Positions 52,844 through 64,000 of a stretch of DNA of 64,000 nt are shown here, piece by piece. Each line of letters begins with the position of its first letter. Position 1 is the first letter of the stretch. Source of the stretch: Lingula anatina (Eukaryota > Animalia > Brachiopoda); the NCBI GenBank assembly GCA_051362555.1, contig CM120642.1:24924001-24988000 (forward strand), in the 5' to 3' direction. A program made the translations under genes and the position numbers. The notes under the pieces are model-generated. The model ran no database searches. It was not told the origin of the DNA and worked only from the letters and a program-made list of their open reading frames with translations.

Positions 52844-53377
52844 GATGCTGCTGTTGCTAATTAAACCTCAACCTTTAAATGGGACTAATTGATAAACTTC
52901 AGCATATCTTGTATTATCTGCTCCTTTTCAATTAGAGTCCTTTAAAATGCAGCCAAACCTTCTTTAATCATTGTCATGATGCAATATATAATGCCTGTAA
53001 AAAAGAGAGACAAACAGTATGATCAGCAGGATGTAGAATTTAGTGGGTAACATTTTTGGCTCAAATATATCTTGCATTTTGCACATTCAAAACAAGAGTT
53101 TACATTTATAACTTTGTTTCAAGGACAACTGACCCACCAGGACAGAACCATGGGATGTGATAATTAAACTTGTCTCATCTTCTGTACACTCATAACTCAA
53201 TTTCAATAAAAGGAGTGCATAAAATTTAACATGGACCATCATTCTGTAAGTTTCTTTACATGGTAAAGCTAGCTATCAAGTTGGATTTTTTTTCTGAAAT
53301 TGTAAAATACAACTTTAAAGAGTCACAGTTCTGTCCGTATTGCAAAATGAACACCATGGAATGCATGACGTCCAACA

Positions 53378-53411
<34 letters not shown>

Positions 53412-54107
53412 CATTTGGCAGAAGACCTAAAATAGGCCTTTTCAAGGGTATTACTAATCTGGAATTAGGTGCAACCATCAATATGTGTAGCTTGTATGTG
53501 TATCCTACTGTTTAAGCATAAAAAGTAGTGACCATAAGCTTGTCATACATGTAACAAATATTCATAAATAAATATCAGATTTCACATTGTGAGCAAGCAT
53601 ACTATTAAGGCCCACATTCTGACAATAATTTTGTCGCAGTTATTCAGCTAGCCGACATTTTGCATGCAAAAGAAGATATCACCTCAATGTTTACCACATG
53701 TTTTAACACTTCTGCAACACTCGCTGACACTGTAACTTACAGATATCCCATGCAATGGTTTTCGACTTTTTAAGAGGTCAAGAAAATTGTCAGTTTGCGA
53801 ACTGCACGTTTGCATATACACACTGCAAAGCGCAAGCCAAGAAAAATATTGCCTCTATATAGTATACTCGATAATATCTAGTAGACACAAAGCAGACAAT
53901 TATAAAACAAGTTTAATGTTATGATTACGCACCGAAAAAAATGAGGTCATTTATTTAAATGCCATTACGTTACTTGCAGGAACTGCCACTTATTTCAATA
54001 GATGGTCAGATGTGCAAAAATCCAATCGAAATATATCACAGCAGACTAGCCTCAAGTAACAGCATTACATTCCGTGTGTCATATGTATATCACAAACCAC
54101 TGCTTAC

Positions 54108-54380
54108 GTACTTCTTCACAAGTTCCCTTCCCCCGAACTCTCCGGCGACACTAGACCGGAAGTGAGACACAGTTCTCTAAAATAAATAATTGATTACCAA
54201 AACTTTTATTTTTGTTTGCTTCATTATATTAGCTTTTAAATGGACAATGTGGTACCATACATCACTATGTATTTTATATAAATTTTCCTAGTCGTAACTT
54301 GTACAGAAAATAAAGTTATCAAACATAATTCTACTTGATCTTTTATTTAGTAGTCACCCATCACAACATCATGGCGGCCT
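54108..54380. promoter_or_regulatory. Putative bidirectional promoter of ZER1/TBC1D13
   Basis: Perfect ETS/GABP motif ACCGGAAGTG at 54155-54164; candidate ZER1 non-coding exon donor (minus c|gtaagc at 54107) with acceptor at 52994; YY1-like CATGGCGGC overlaps the TBC1D13 ATG at 54371. Confidence 0.55.
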
Positions 54381-56556
54381 ACAGGTTAAGGTACGATCAA
54401 GAGTTTTCCACAGTTGTGTTACCATTTCCCTATGTTATTTATATGTGTAAAGCTTTATATCGAGCTTTTAATTGATATTTTCGAATTGTAGGGTCGATGA
54501 GTTCAAGAAAATCTTGGAGGCAGACATCATCGACACTTTCAAACTTCGGCAGTTCTGTTTCAATGGTAAGGGGGAGGGGACCACTTCACTTTTCCTTTTA
54601 TTTTGTTCACTGACACTAATGTGAGTAGTGATTGTCAGGATTTTCAAGTGTGTCCTCATTTGGCCTTTCTTGGCAGATATGCTCCCTTGAATGCACCCTT
54701 AAAACTTAGGTTACAGGTGATGTATTAATAAAGTTATCAGCTTTGTAAAACTGCTTATCAGTCTTGTTCTATTTAACTATTTGTATAAAGTATTTGTACA
54801 AGTTTTTAATCACACAATCACATTGAAATAGCATCTGATATGCTAGATACACAAAGCTCTTACTGCCATTGGCTGATTTTTCCTTTCTTTTAATTTTTAA
54901 TTGTATATAGTAAGAGGAATCTGTTTGGTTTGATTGGCCATGCAGCTATTCTCATACATACATATACATGCCAGTACTTATTTTTTAATGTATTTAGTGT
55001 GAGATATTTTCTGTTTTTTAATGTAATTATGTTTTTAATTATGTTTTAAGGATGTCCTCATGAAGATGGAATCCGGGCTACCTGTTGGAAGGTATGTGAT
55101 ACATTGTATTTTGTTTACAAATGGACTGCCTGATGTGCATTGCTATGTGGCCAGATTATTTAACATAGACTGATAAGATTTTTTATCTATATTAGTTGTA
55201 TTATTCCTGGTCTAAGCTATTCCAGTGTTAAACACATTCATACTTGTAAGTTACAGTTTTACACATCAGTGGAATTTATTAAATAACTAATCTCCACAGC
55301 CAGTAAAACAGCTATCGCTTCTCTAGCAATGTACAGTTATTAAGAACAAAATAGCCTTAGTTTTAGCATAACTCAAGGAAGTAGACATCACAGTTAAATA
55401 CCTGTAGCATTCTGGTCAGCCCAAGTGATCTCCAGTATTACATCTATTATAAAGCTCATCAATTGTCATATTTCCTGTATTTCTTATGTGACAAAGGACA
55501 TGTCTTTCTCTTATTTTTTGCTTTTAGATTTTACTTCACTATCTCCCTCCAAACAGAAAGCAATGGCCAGAGTTACTAGAAAAACAAAGGTATGTCATTA
55601 TTTCTTTGCTTGTCTGTCAGTTTTTACTGATATGATGACACAATAAAATTTGAATACAAAAGCTTTTTAAAAAGAAAATGAATAGTTTGGCTGGATCTGA
55701 GGGCTAAAAAGTGATTGAATGGCCTTATGACAATGAGCATTATGTTGTAGTGCTGCAGTTGTACTGGTATTTTAGAAGCTCTACCAGATGATTTCACTAC
55801 AAGGAACTTTCTATAAATTTGTGTCCTGCGCGTGGTTGAGTTCATCAATTAACCATGTTGAAGAAGGCTCCGTTTACGTAGCTTTCTTCTTTAATAGCCA
55901 GGCTTTAAAGTTGTCAGTCTATCAAAATAATCTGCTAAAGCTGTAGTACAAACTCTGGGTTTCCATACCTAGATTGATCTAGCAGGATCGATCCATCTCC
56001 AAAGGGTTTCTCGTTAAATTGCTTTCAGCTTAAAAGGCTTAGATGTCTGGTATGCCTACTGAAGCTGCTAAACAATAATTAATTATCCCCAATCAGCTTC
56101 AGTAGGCATGACAGACATCTGAGCTACTTAAGTTGATTGCAATTTAGTGAGAATGCCCGTGGGGATAGATCGATCCACAGTTAGTATGATAGGGTCTGAT
56201 CTTGATGTGAAAAGGCCTAAACATAAATGTATGTACTAGTAAGGTTGCATCAGGTGGGAGAATTTTCTCACCAATCGCAGTGGATTGTCAATGGCATTAG
56301 CTTTTCTGGGAAAAAAGATTACATTAGATGAGACACCTTTCTTACCAATCACATCCTGTTGCCATAACCAGCTCAATTTTGTGTAGTTTCATTAATATAG
56401 TAGCCTTTCAAGATGTATAAAAAGTGTAAGGGTTGGTGTTATATGCTAGGAATTTAAAGCAGGAAGTATATGTGATTTGTAAATTTTTAAAATTATTATT
56501 ATCAAAAAATATGTATAACTGGACAATTAAAATGAGTGATATCACTGTGTCACTAG

Positions 56557-56596
<40 letters not shown>

Positions 56597-59500
56597 TTAC
56601 TGTGATTGACAACAAACTGTAAGTTATTAGTTATGTACAGTACATATGTTCAATGAGGAAAAAAATTATACTAGGAATCATTTGTCCACTAGGTTTGAAC
56701 ATTCTACCTGACATTGGCCCAAAGATGATTTACATGTTGTTAATTTACTAAAAAAAAGGAAGATATTTTGTTTTTTTGATGCATCATTTTGATAAAAAGT
56801 AAAATTTACTTGGTCAAAAAGAATTTTTGATAAATGATCACAGGTTACTGAATAATCTTAAATGTTTCCCCATGATCTGTCATGTTGCCTTTTGTTCGAC
56901 TTGGAAGATGTGACACCCACGATATTGTTCTGTGTAAGGTTTTGAATGGAAGACTAGAATATTAACTGTACATTTTAAGTTAAACAATTGATTATAATGA
57001 GCCCAAATTATGGTTGCTATACCACTTGAGGATACTACTGTGATATTAGATTAGCTTCTTGTTCCTAGCTGTATTAGTGTTAATGGATTCAAGAGCCAAG
57101 TTGCAGTAGTTGTGGGTATTTTTAGTTGTGTGATTAACACTTGCGTCTCTCAGGAAACAGTTATGCAGATGTATCTTTTAAAATATTATCTGCAGGGATA
57201 TGGAATACTGGGTATTATTTGGTGACTATGTAGTTGAAATTGATTGAGGAAAGATCTTTATACCCAGGATTTCCAAGTTTGAGGTTACATGGAGATAGAC
57301 ATAACATTTGCTTGTCTGTCAATAAAAGAACAGGAAAGCATTGGGAATGAGAATGTTTCATGGCATGTTGAAATGAAATCCTGGATACCACAATGAATAT
57401 TGATGGTCTTTGATTCTTTGCTGTTCCTGGTATTGAGATTGGTATTTTGTCTGGTATCTTCTTATCAAAAACAACTTGTGGATTCAAACTGTAGTTTTTA
57501 AGCAAAGGTGTTTTATATGCTAATGAAACTGAAATCAAATTTTTTAATCACAAATTAAGGAAAAGGGAATCAAAATGTCATACAAAATCACGTAACTTTA
57601 GGTTAACTTTTCACATTTGTTTATATTGGATACCTCAAAGTCATATCTTCAAAGTGTACATAACATGCAAAACTACTTATGTATTTCCTAAGTCACACCT
57701 TCAAGATGATAAAACCTCTCTACAAAAAGTGTGTAACATTTTTAAAATCTTCAGAGAGACATGGCAGTGTAAGTGACTGGCCAGTTATTGAATATATATA
57801 AATAAGTATAAAGTCTTCAATGAGAAATGGTATAAAAGCATGGTATAAATAGATTTAATAGCATAAAAGTACAGGAACAGGTCGAGAAATTATTCATAAG
57901 TGGGAGAATTTTTTCAGGCAAGTTCTGTTTGGTGGGATATGCCCAAATTTTTTTTTTTTTTTTTTTGGGGGGGGGGATACTTAAAGAAATGAGGATTCCT
58001 AGGTCATCCTTTATAGTTGTTCATTTATGTCAAAGAGGAAAAATTCAGCTTTTAAGTAAAATTTAGAAAAGTATTGTTTCACTGAAAATATAAAACCACT
58101 GAAACAGGCTTTGGATGCTGTATAATATTGTCCATCATTTTTAAAATTTTCAGCTCCAATCATGACCGCAGCGTTTTACTTCATTTTATTTTTCACCTGA
58201 AAAAATAGCAGGTGCTTTTAACAAAACCAGTTAATATAATAATTAGAGTAATATGTCATCTGCATTGAATGCATTTAAATGTCAGAATATATAATAAAAT
58301 CAGAATAATATAGAAACCCACTGTCATACATGCAATTTTCAGAGAAATCTACAGGCATTTCATAGATGAAATGATTGTCCAGCCAGGAGCTACTGCATCC
58401 AAGTCTGACCAGAGGATGGACGTTACATTTGAAGACCATGTAAGACTTGGGTTTCAGATCTGTAAAACTTCAGTTTACGAAAATGTGGTTTGTTCCCATT
58501 ACATATAAGCATGACAAATAAAAATATTTTATGAAAAAGAAGATTGTTTGTCTCAGACCATATTAAATGAGCATTTTCTGCCTTTTTTGCCTTTGAGCTT
58601 GTAACTTAGCTGTATTTCTGTATTGTCTGTGTGTGTGTCTGTCTGTCTGTTTTTTTAGCCGTTTTGCGTATATATACTGATTTTTATGATCACTGCAGCC
58701 TTTGAACCCTAACCCAGACAGCCAGTGGGTAACTTACTTCAAAGACAATGAAATGTTGCTACAGATAGACAGAGACTGCAGGTAACTTATGGAAATTGTT
58801 ATATTTCATAAGATTATATGTGGTCATTTTTGCTTTAAATGCAAAAAAAAAGCATTTGTACATCTCTAAATGATAAAGTCTGCTTTAGGCTATTAATGTT
58901 CTATTCATTTATACTGAAGACAATGTCCTCTTAATGATGATGATCAAAAGCTAAAAGTTTCTTACACTTAATATTATATACAGATTTTAGTGTTTATTTG
59001 TTTAAGTGAATATGAAGTTTTTAATATTATTTGTTGTGTTTTTTTTTCAAGGCGTCTTTGTCCAGACTTTGTGTTTTTCCAACGTGCCACAGAATATCCC
59101 TGTAAAGAGCTTACACAGACATCAGGTGTAGAAACTTTAAGGAAACGAGTGGAGCAAACTGCACTTAAAGCTGAAACCGTGTCCAAAAACAGATTGGGAA
59201 TCACATTATCCAATGTAAGTTGTTTTAACTACGTTTTGTATTTTTTTTTTTTTTTTTTGCATGTTGGCATCAGCTGATAACTTCATGAAAATGCACACAC
59301 ACTCAGACACAAATGTTTTTTATCACTAGATTGACAAGAAACTTAATCTCTCTGGTGTTTCTGTACATTATATTTTTAAGCTATTTTAGCAGCAATAATG
59401 ATACATATATTATCATAAGCAGTTGTTTTTATGGGTATGTTATAAAACATTAGAATATGTTATTAAGGATGTAAGATTTATGCTAATCCCTGTGTCAAGA

Positions 59501-60209
59501 CTCAGCTAGTGAGGTGCAGTTTTGATATTAAGATCATGAAGAGTTTAAAGCTCTAAGAGCTGTTAATTGGGGTATTTGTTAAATAGCTACCTTAGGCCAG
59601 GAACTTCCAGCTTAACACCTAATTTGTTATATGCGTGTGTTAATTGGCTGTTTCCACCTTATTACCTACCAGTAGGAGTTGGAAATGCGGAGCACTGTAG
59701 AATTAGATCTAGTGATTTATAGACTGATCATCCAGTTGATCAGTCAGTCAGTTTGTTGGTCAAAGTATCCTGGAAGTCAGTAACAATTATTTTCCTGTAT
59801 TTTCTGTTTGTTGCTCTTTCAACCTTGCCACTAAGATGTGTTTTAGATAAAGTATAAAAAAGCCTTTGGCTTAGAAAAATTTTTAATATGATCGGTAGAG
59901 CCTGAAGAGAACTTTATGTAAGACACTGCTTTTTTTTTAATCCAATTGCAGAATTGACTCGCTGAATGTTAGATCACTGAATTGGGATTAGTGAAGAAAC
60001 CAGACTTGAAGTTCCAGTATGCTGTTTTTCTTTTTTTCCAGGAGTCAAAGAAGCGGTCTTTTAGTGAGGAGTTTGTGGTGTTACCAGATGGGCAGGAGGC
60101 CCACTGGGAGGTGGTGGAAAGAATGCTCTTCATATATGCAAAACTCAACCCTGGACTGGCATATGTACAGGTCACTTTGTTGTTCATTGTTCAGTTGTAG
60201 AGGATTTGT

Positions 60210-60260
<51 letters not shown>

Positions 60261-63200
60261 GAGAGAGAGAGAGAATTTTTTTCCTCTGTGTAACATTTTT
60301 TTTCTCTCTGTGAAAATTTTTTCATTCATATTCTTCTACTGAGAAAAGGAAATAAAAATTGCACCTATTGAGCTCTTTGGAACTAAAACAGTACAGACAT
60401 AAATGAAGAAAAAACTGAATAGTATATTCAGATGAGATTACCTGGTGATTTACTTTAACTTTTTGACATGAAGTTATTAGATTTGGCAATTTTACAATCT
60501 GGGTATCTGAAGACATTTCTTAAAAACTAGCTTTTAATTAATACCTATTTTAATCTTCAGGGTATGAATGAAATAATGGGTCCCATATACCACACATTTG
60601 CCTGTGATCCAAGACAGGACTGGAGAGGTTAGTTTTGTGTTTTGATATTAAAAGGATAACAACTCCTCATATGAGATTTGAAATTTCACAATAAATTCAT
60701 TACAACCAACACATAGGAATTTAAAAATTTGATTTTACCACCAAAACATCATTTATCTGTGCTTGCCGTCAGACCATGTAGTCCTATAGACCTTTTTCAT
60801 CTTTTGCGGAAATACGAAGTGCGCATGAGAGGAACCGCGTGCCACAGGGGTCATGGTAGTCCTCTGCTGTTTCCAGCATGGCAATGCTAGGTGTAGATGA
60901 TGTACAAGGTGCGCATATAAAAAGGTCGTTTGAAGCGTGCACTGCTTTCTGTCAAACTAAAAAGGTGGCTGAAACACAGAAATGCATAAACTGTAGGCAA
61001 GAAAACAGCTATTTGGACGGAGAATCAAGCAATTAAATTTTTTTTCTCAGTTTAAATACGATGCGCTGTACAACTAGACTTCACCTAAGCGTCAGAGCCT
61101 TGGCTGCACTTTCAATAGTGATGACGAACCAAAGCTTCAGAGTTCTTTTAAATGCTTCCGATAGTAAAGATATGCGAAAGAGACTCGTTATTTTTTTATA
61201 TATAAAATCAAAATAGCCAGTAGACTCGTACACAGCTTTCAAGAGTGTGGACAGGTGCGTAGGCCTACGTCTTCACAATATTACATGTATATATGCAAGC
61301 TGTGGCAATATCACCTCATTTACCGGCAGTATCAATTCATTACGATTTTTATGTCTTGTTTGAAGGATGTCTTAAGAGATTTTTGAAGTGATAAAATGAA
61401 AAGATTCCCTGCATTGTTTGACTCGAACCTACTGTGTATACAAGTAAAACTGACACGCAGATTGTTCGTCGGTGAACTGATTAAATCATTTGGTACCTGA
61501 TAAGGCATCAGGTGTTCTTGTTCAATTGTTCGGTAAGGGGGCGGCCACAACTACGACCTTTCCTCTATAATTAAAACCTTCTAATTATAAGTGTTAAATA
61601 GGTGAGACAGGAATTCTCGACTCTTTCCCAGACGATAATTAAAGTTTACCGTGTCTTACTGTAGTATATGTACAAAATTTACGACAGGTAAAAAATGTCA
61701 GACTTTCGGTCTGACAAGTATGAAAATTTTGTCAAACTGAAACAAAACCGTCAGGCAAAAACAAAATTATAGCAATAGACCAAATTATTTGATTTTTAAA
61801 TGTTTTCATGCGTATTTTCATCGTTTTCAATCAAAGACAATAAAATCATTCAAATGAAATATTTTCCACACATTTCATACTTTTCAACTATCTAAGACAC
61901 TTAAATATATGTAGGCCTACTTTAATACTAAGCATATTTGTATTACTTTACAAATACGTTGTTAGATTATTTTTATTATCCATTTTGTCTTTTCCATACA
62001 TGTATTATGCACGTGTAGCTTACAGAAAGGCTTTTCTGCATTTTTTTTTTTTTTGTAATTAATAATATATGCCCATTGAATTTTCCAATTCTCTTGTCAT
62101 TGAGTTCAGAAATAAATAACTTTTTATTTTGCTGATAACGCATTTAACAAGAGCCGATGTGCTTTCTTCTTTGTATGTCTTTGTTGATCTTGATAATATG
62201 CGCCCCGTTTATACAAATCAGTAATACGTATACGGGACTGGATACATGATAATAAAAATTTTATTAACGTCTCACGTTAAAAAAAATAGAACCCACCCTA
62301 CTAAGGGTTATGAGAGACTAAAACCTGTGATAGGCCTACTACATTTAAAATGATCACTTATCAATAAAACACATACAAAAAGGATATTATATACAAAACT
62401 TTTCAAACCTTCTCTTTGTTGTTACACAAAAAGTCGTGAAAGTTCTTGAATTTTTTGTAAGTAGAATCCCCATGTAAAACTTCACAGCTTTTATTTTCTT
62501 TTTCCATAATCTCATGCTTAAAGTCTTTTCTTTCTTTTTAGGCCCCTATTCTTCAATTTTTTCTTCAGATCTTTATAATGTTTTTTCTCACATTGTTTAC
62601 CCCCGAGTTCTATTTGCCCATAGTTAGTTATATCCGTTGATTAACTAAGCATTTCTGTTTTTTATTAAAGCACCGTTGATCTCCTAATATTATAGTTTTT
62701 CTTCCCGCCTTCGAAATGTTCAGCGCAAACGCGGTGCCCTGCTTTTGATCCAAACCTGCTATATTTTCCTTTCTTTCTACCATATTTTTCATTCTAACGG
62801 GTTTGTTGGGAACCTGCTAAACCTCATGTGCTGATCTTGCTTAATGTTATTGTAGCACTAGCAGCGGGACAAAATGCACGTAAACTCAGCCATGGTTTTT
62901 AGCACCGCTGTAAGTGTTTCGACATAGCAGGACTCCCCTACCCACAATGCAATTTCCATTTCGGGAAAAGATGAAAAAGGTCTATACCCTATACCCTCCA
63001 CAATAATCTTTTGAGAGATAACAACTACAGTAATCTCTTAAGAGATTACTTCTACACACTTTTTAAAATAACCAATTGACTAACTTTGAATGTTGGAAAG
63101 GATTCATTAACCATTGAAAAGCATAAGTTGTTTACCTCAGGTAAATCTGTTTGATTGCACCTTTCAAAATGAATGGTTCTTATCCCTTAAATTCCGTACA

Positions 63201-63719
63201 CAGTTGCAAAGACCGTGGAGTAAATTTCATTGTAAATCTTAATACATGATGAGTTCCTTTTTATTATTATTAATATTATTATTTACAGAGAATGCAGAAG
63301 CAGATGCCTTCTTTTGTTTCACAAACCTTATGGCAGAGATCCGTGATAACTTTATCAAGACGTTGGATTTTGATTCTTCTTGTGGTATAGGTAGGGAGTG
63401 AAATATCTAAATTTGAAATCTTTGTGTACATGATTTATTGACCTGGTTAAAACAAAACTGGTAACTGTCAAATTGACATTACAAGACATTTCAGCCAGTG
63501 TCATTTTTGACACACAATGTTAAGGGAAATTTGAAGGCACTGGTCATCTTATGAAAATCAGGGTGTTTTATTTATTTATTTGTTTGTTTGTTTGTTTGTT
63601 TGATTGGACTTTTTTTTCAATAAGTGAAGAAAATGGAAAATGGCCTCTCCTTCTTTTTCATCACTTGGTTAAGAAATACATGTAGAATATATTTCAGTAA
63701 ATATAACTCAGTTTGTTTC

Positions 63720-63803
<84 letters not shown>

Positions 63804-63956
63804 TACATGTAGGTGCTGAAATGAACAAGCTGATGTTACTGCTGAAGAAAAAAGATCAGCGTCTTCATGCTCAGTTGCGAGACCAGGACCTGAAGCCTCA
63901 GTTCTTTGCCTTCCGCTGGATTACCTTGCTGCTGTCTCAGGAATTTAGTCTTCCAG
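54371..63956 (+). CDS. TBC1D13: TBC1 domain family member 13 (Rab GAP); 3'-truncated by the window
   Basis: Phase-consistent exons 54371-54390, 54492-54565, 55051-55091, 55528-55589, 58343-58439, 58699-58781, 59052-59214, 60042-60170, 60561-60627, 63289-63390, 63813-63956. Motifs DVTFEDHPLNPNPDSQW, QIDRDCRRLCPD (R-finger), EAHWEVVERMLFIYAKLNPGLAYVQGMNE (Q-finger), EADAFFCFTNLMAEIRDNF and PQFFAFRWITLLLSQEF. Confidence 0.95.
55952..56198. mobile_element. MITE family A copy, right end truncated
   Basis: Colinear homology to 29144-29404. Confidence 0.8.
60212..60273. repeat. (CA)n followed by (GA)n microsatellite
   Basis: Direct reading. Confidence 0.9.
60788..62983. mobile_element. Decayed ISL2EU-like (IS4EU/Harbinger-related) DNA transposon with convergent THAP-transposase and SAP/YqaJ-type ORF remnants
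   Basis: 18-bp perfect TIR AGACCTTTTTCATCTTTT, extending imperfectly; AT on both flanks. Minus-strand THAP remnant starts at 62893; KAVKFYMG..TYKKFKNFHDFL remnant ~62430-62485; plus-strand SAP remnant 60878-61015. Confidence 0.8.
62668..62893 (-). pseudogene. THAP zinc-finger remnant (THAP11/Ronin-like) at the 5' end of the element's transposase
   Basis: MAEFTC..C*CYNNIKQDQHMRFSRFPTNPLE*KIW*K/(frameshift)GKYSRFGSKAGHRVCAEHFEGGKKNYNIRRSTVL: C2CH ligands plus FP, W and HF signatures; several stop codons. Confidence 0.75.
63724..63795. repeat. (TA)n microsatellite immediately upstream of a TBC1D13 acceptor
   Basis: Direct reading. Confidence 0.95.
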
Positions 63957-64000
63957 GTGACAGAGTTTTTTAACTACTGAACTTAAGTTAGGGTTAAGTT

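Overview
AT-rich, intron-containing DNA from an invertebrate animal, probably a lophotrochozoan (inferred from the gene families and repeat types; the species cannot be determined). Five protein-coding loci were reconstructed by hand from splice sites and reading-frame phase. (1) The 3' part of an MFHAS1-like ROCO GTPase gene (Roc-COR plus a C-terminal CARD), + strand 1-3009, with a +1 frameshift inside COR. (2) A two-exon somatomedin-B/7tm_2 GPCR, - strand 3730-7782. (3) ZER1, 16 coding exons, - strand 12788-52843. (4) An intronless class A peptide-type GPCR nested antisense in ZER1 intron 2, + strand 46726-47820. (5) TBC1D13, 11 exons visible from 54371, head-to-head with ZER1 and running off the window. 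Introns and flanks carry many non-autonomous DNA transposons: two Helentron/HINE-type elements with ~145-bp tandem arrays, PIF/Harbinger-like MITEs (one nested in another), hAT-like MITEs with 5-bp TSDs and a Kolobok-like element. The most notable item is absent from the ORF track: a 2.2-kb decayed TIR transposon in TBC1D13 whose transposase remnant starts with a THAP domain closely resembling vertebrate THAP11/Ronin, facing a SAP-domain (YqaJ-type) ORF remnant. Also notable are a duplicated 45-nt candidate cassette exon in ZER1 intron 2 and the Roc-COR-CARD architecture. All homology calls come from recognising motifs by eye; no database searches were run.
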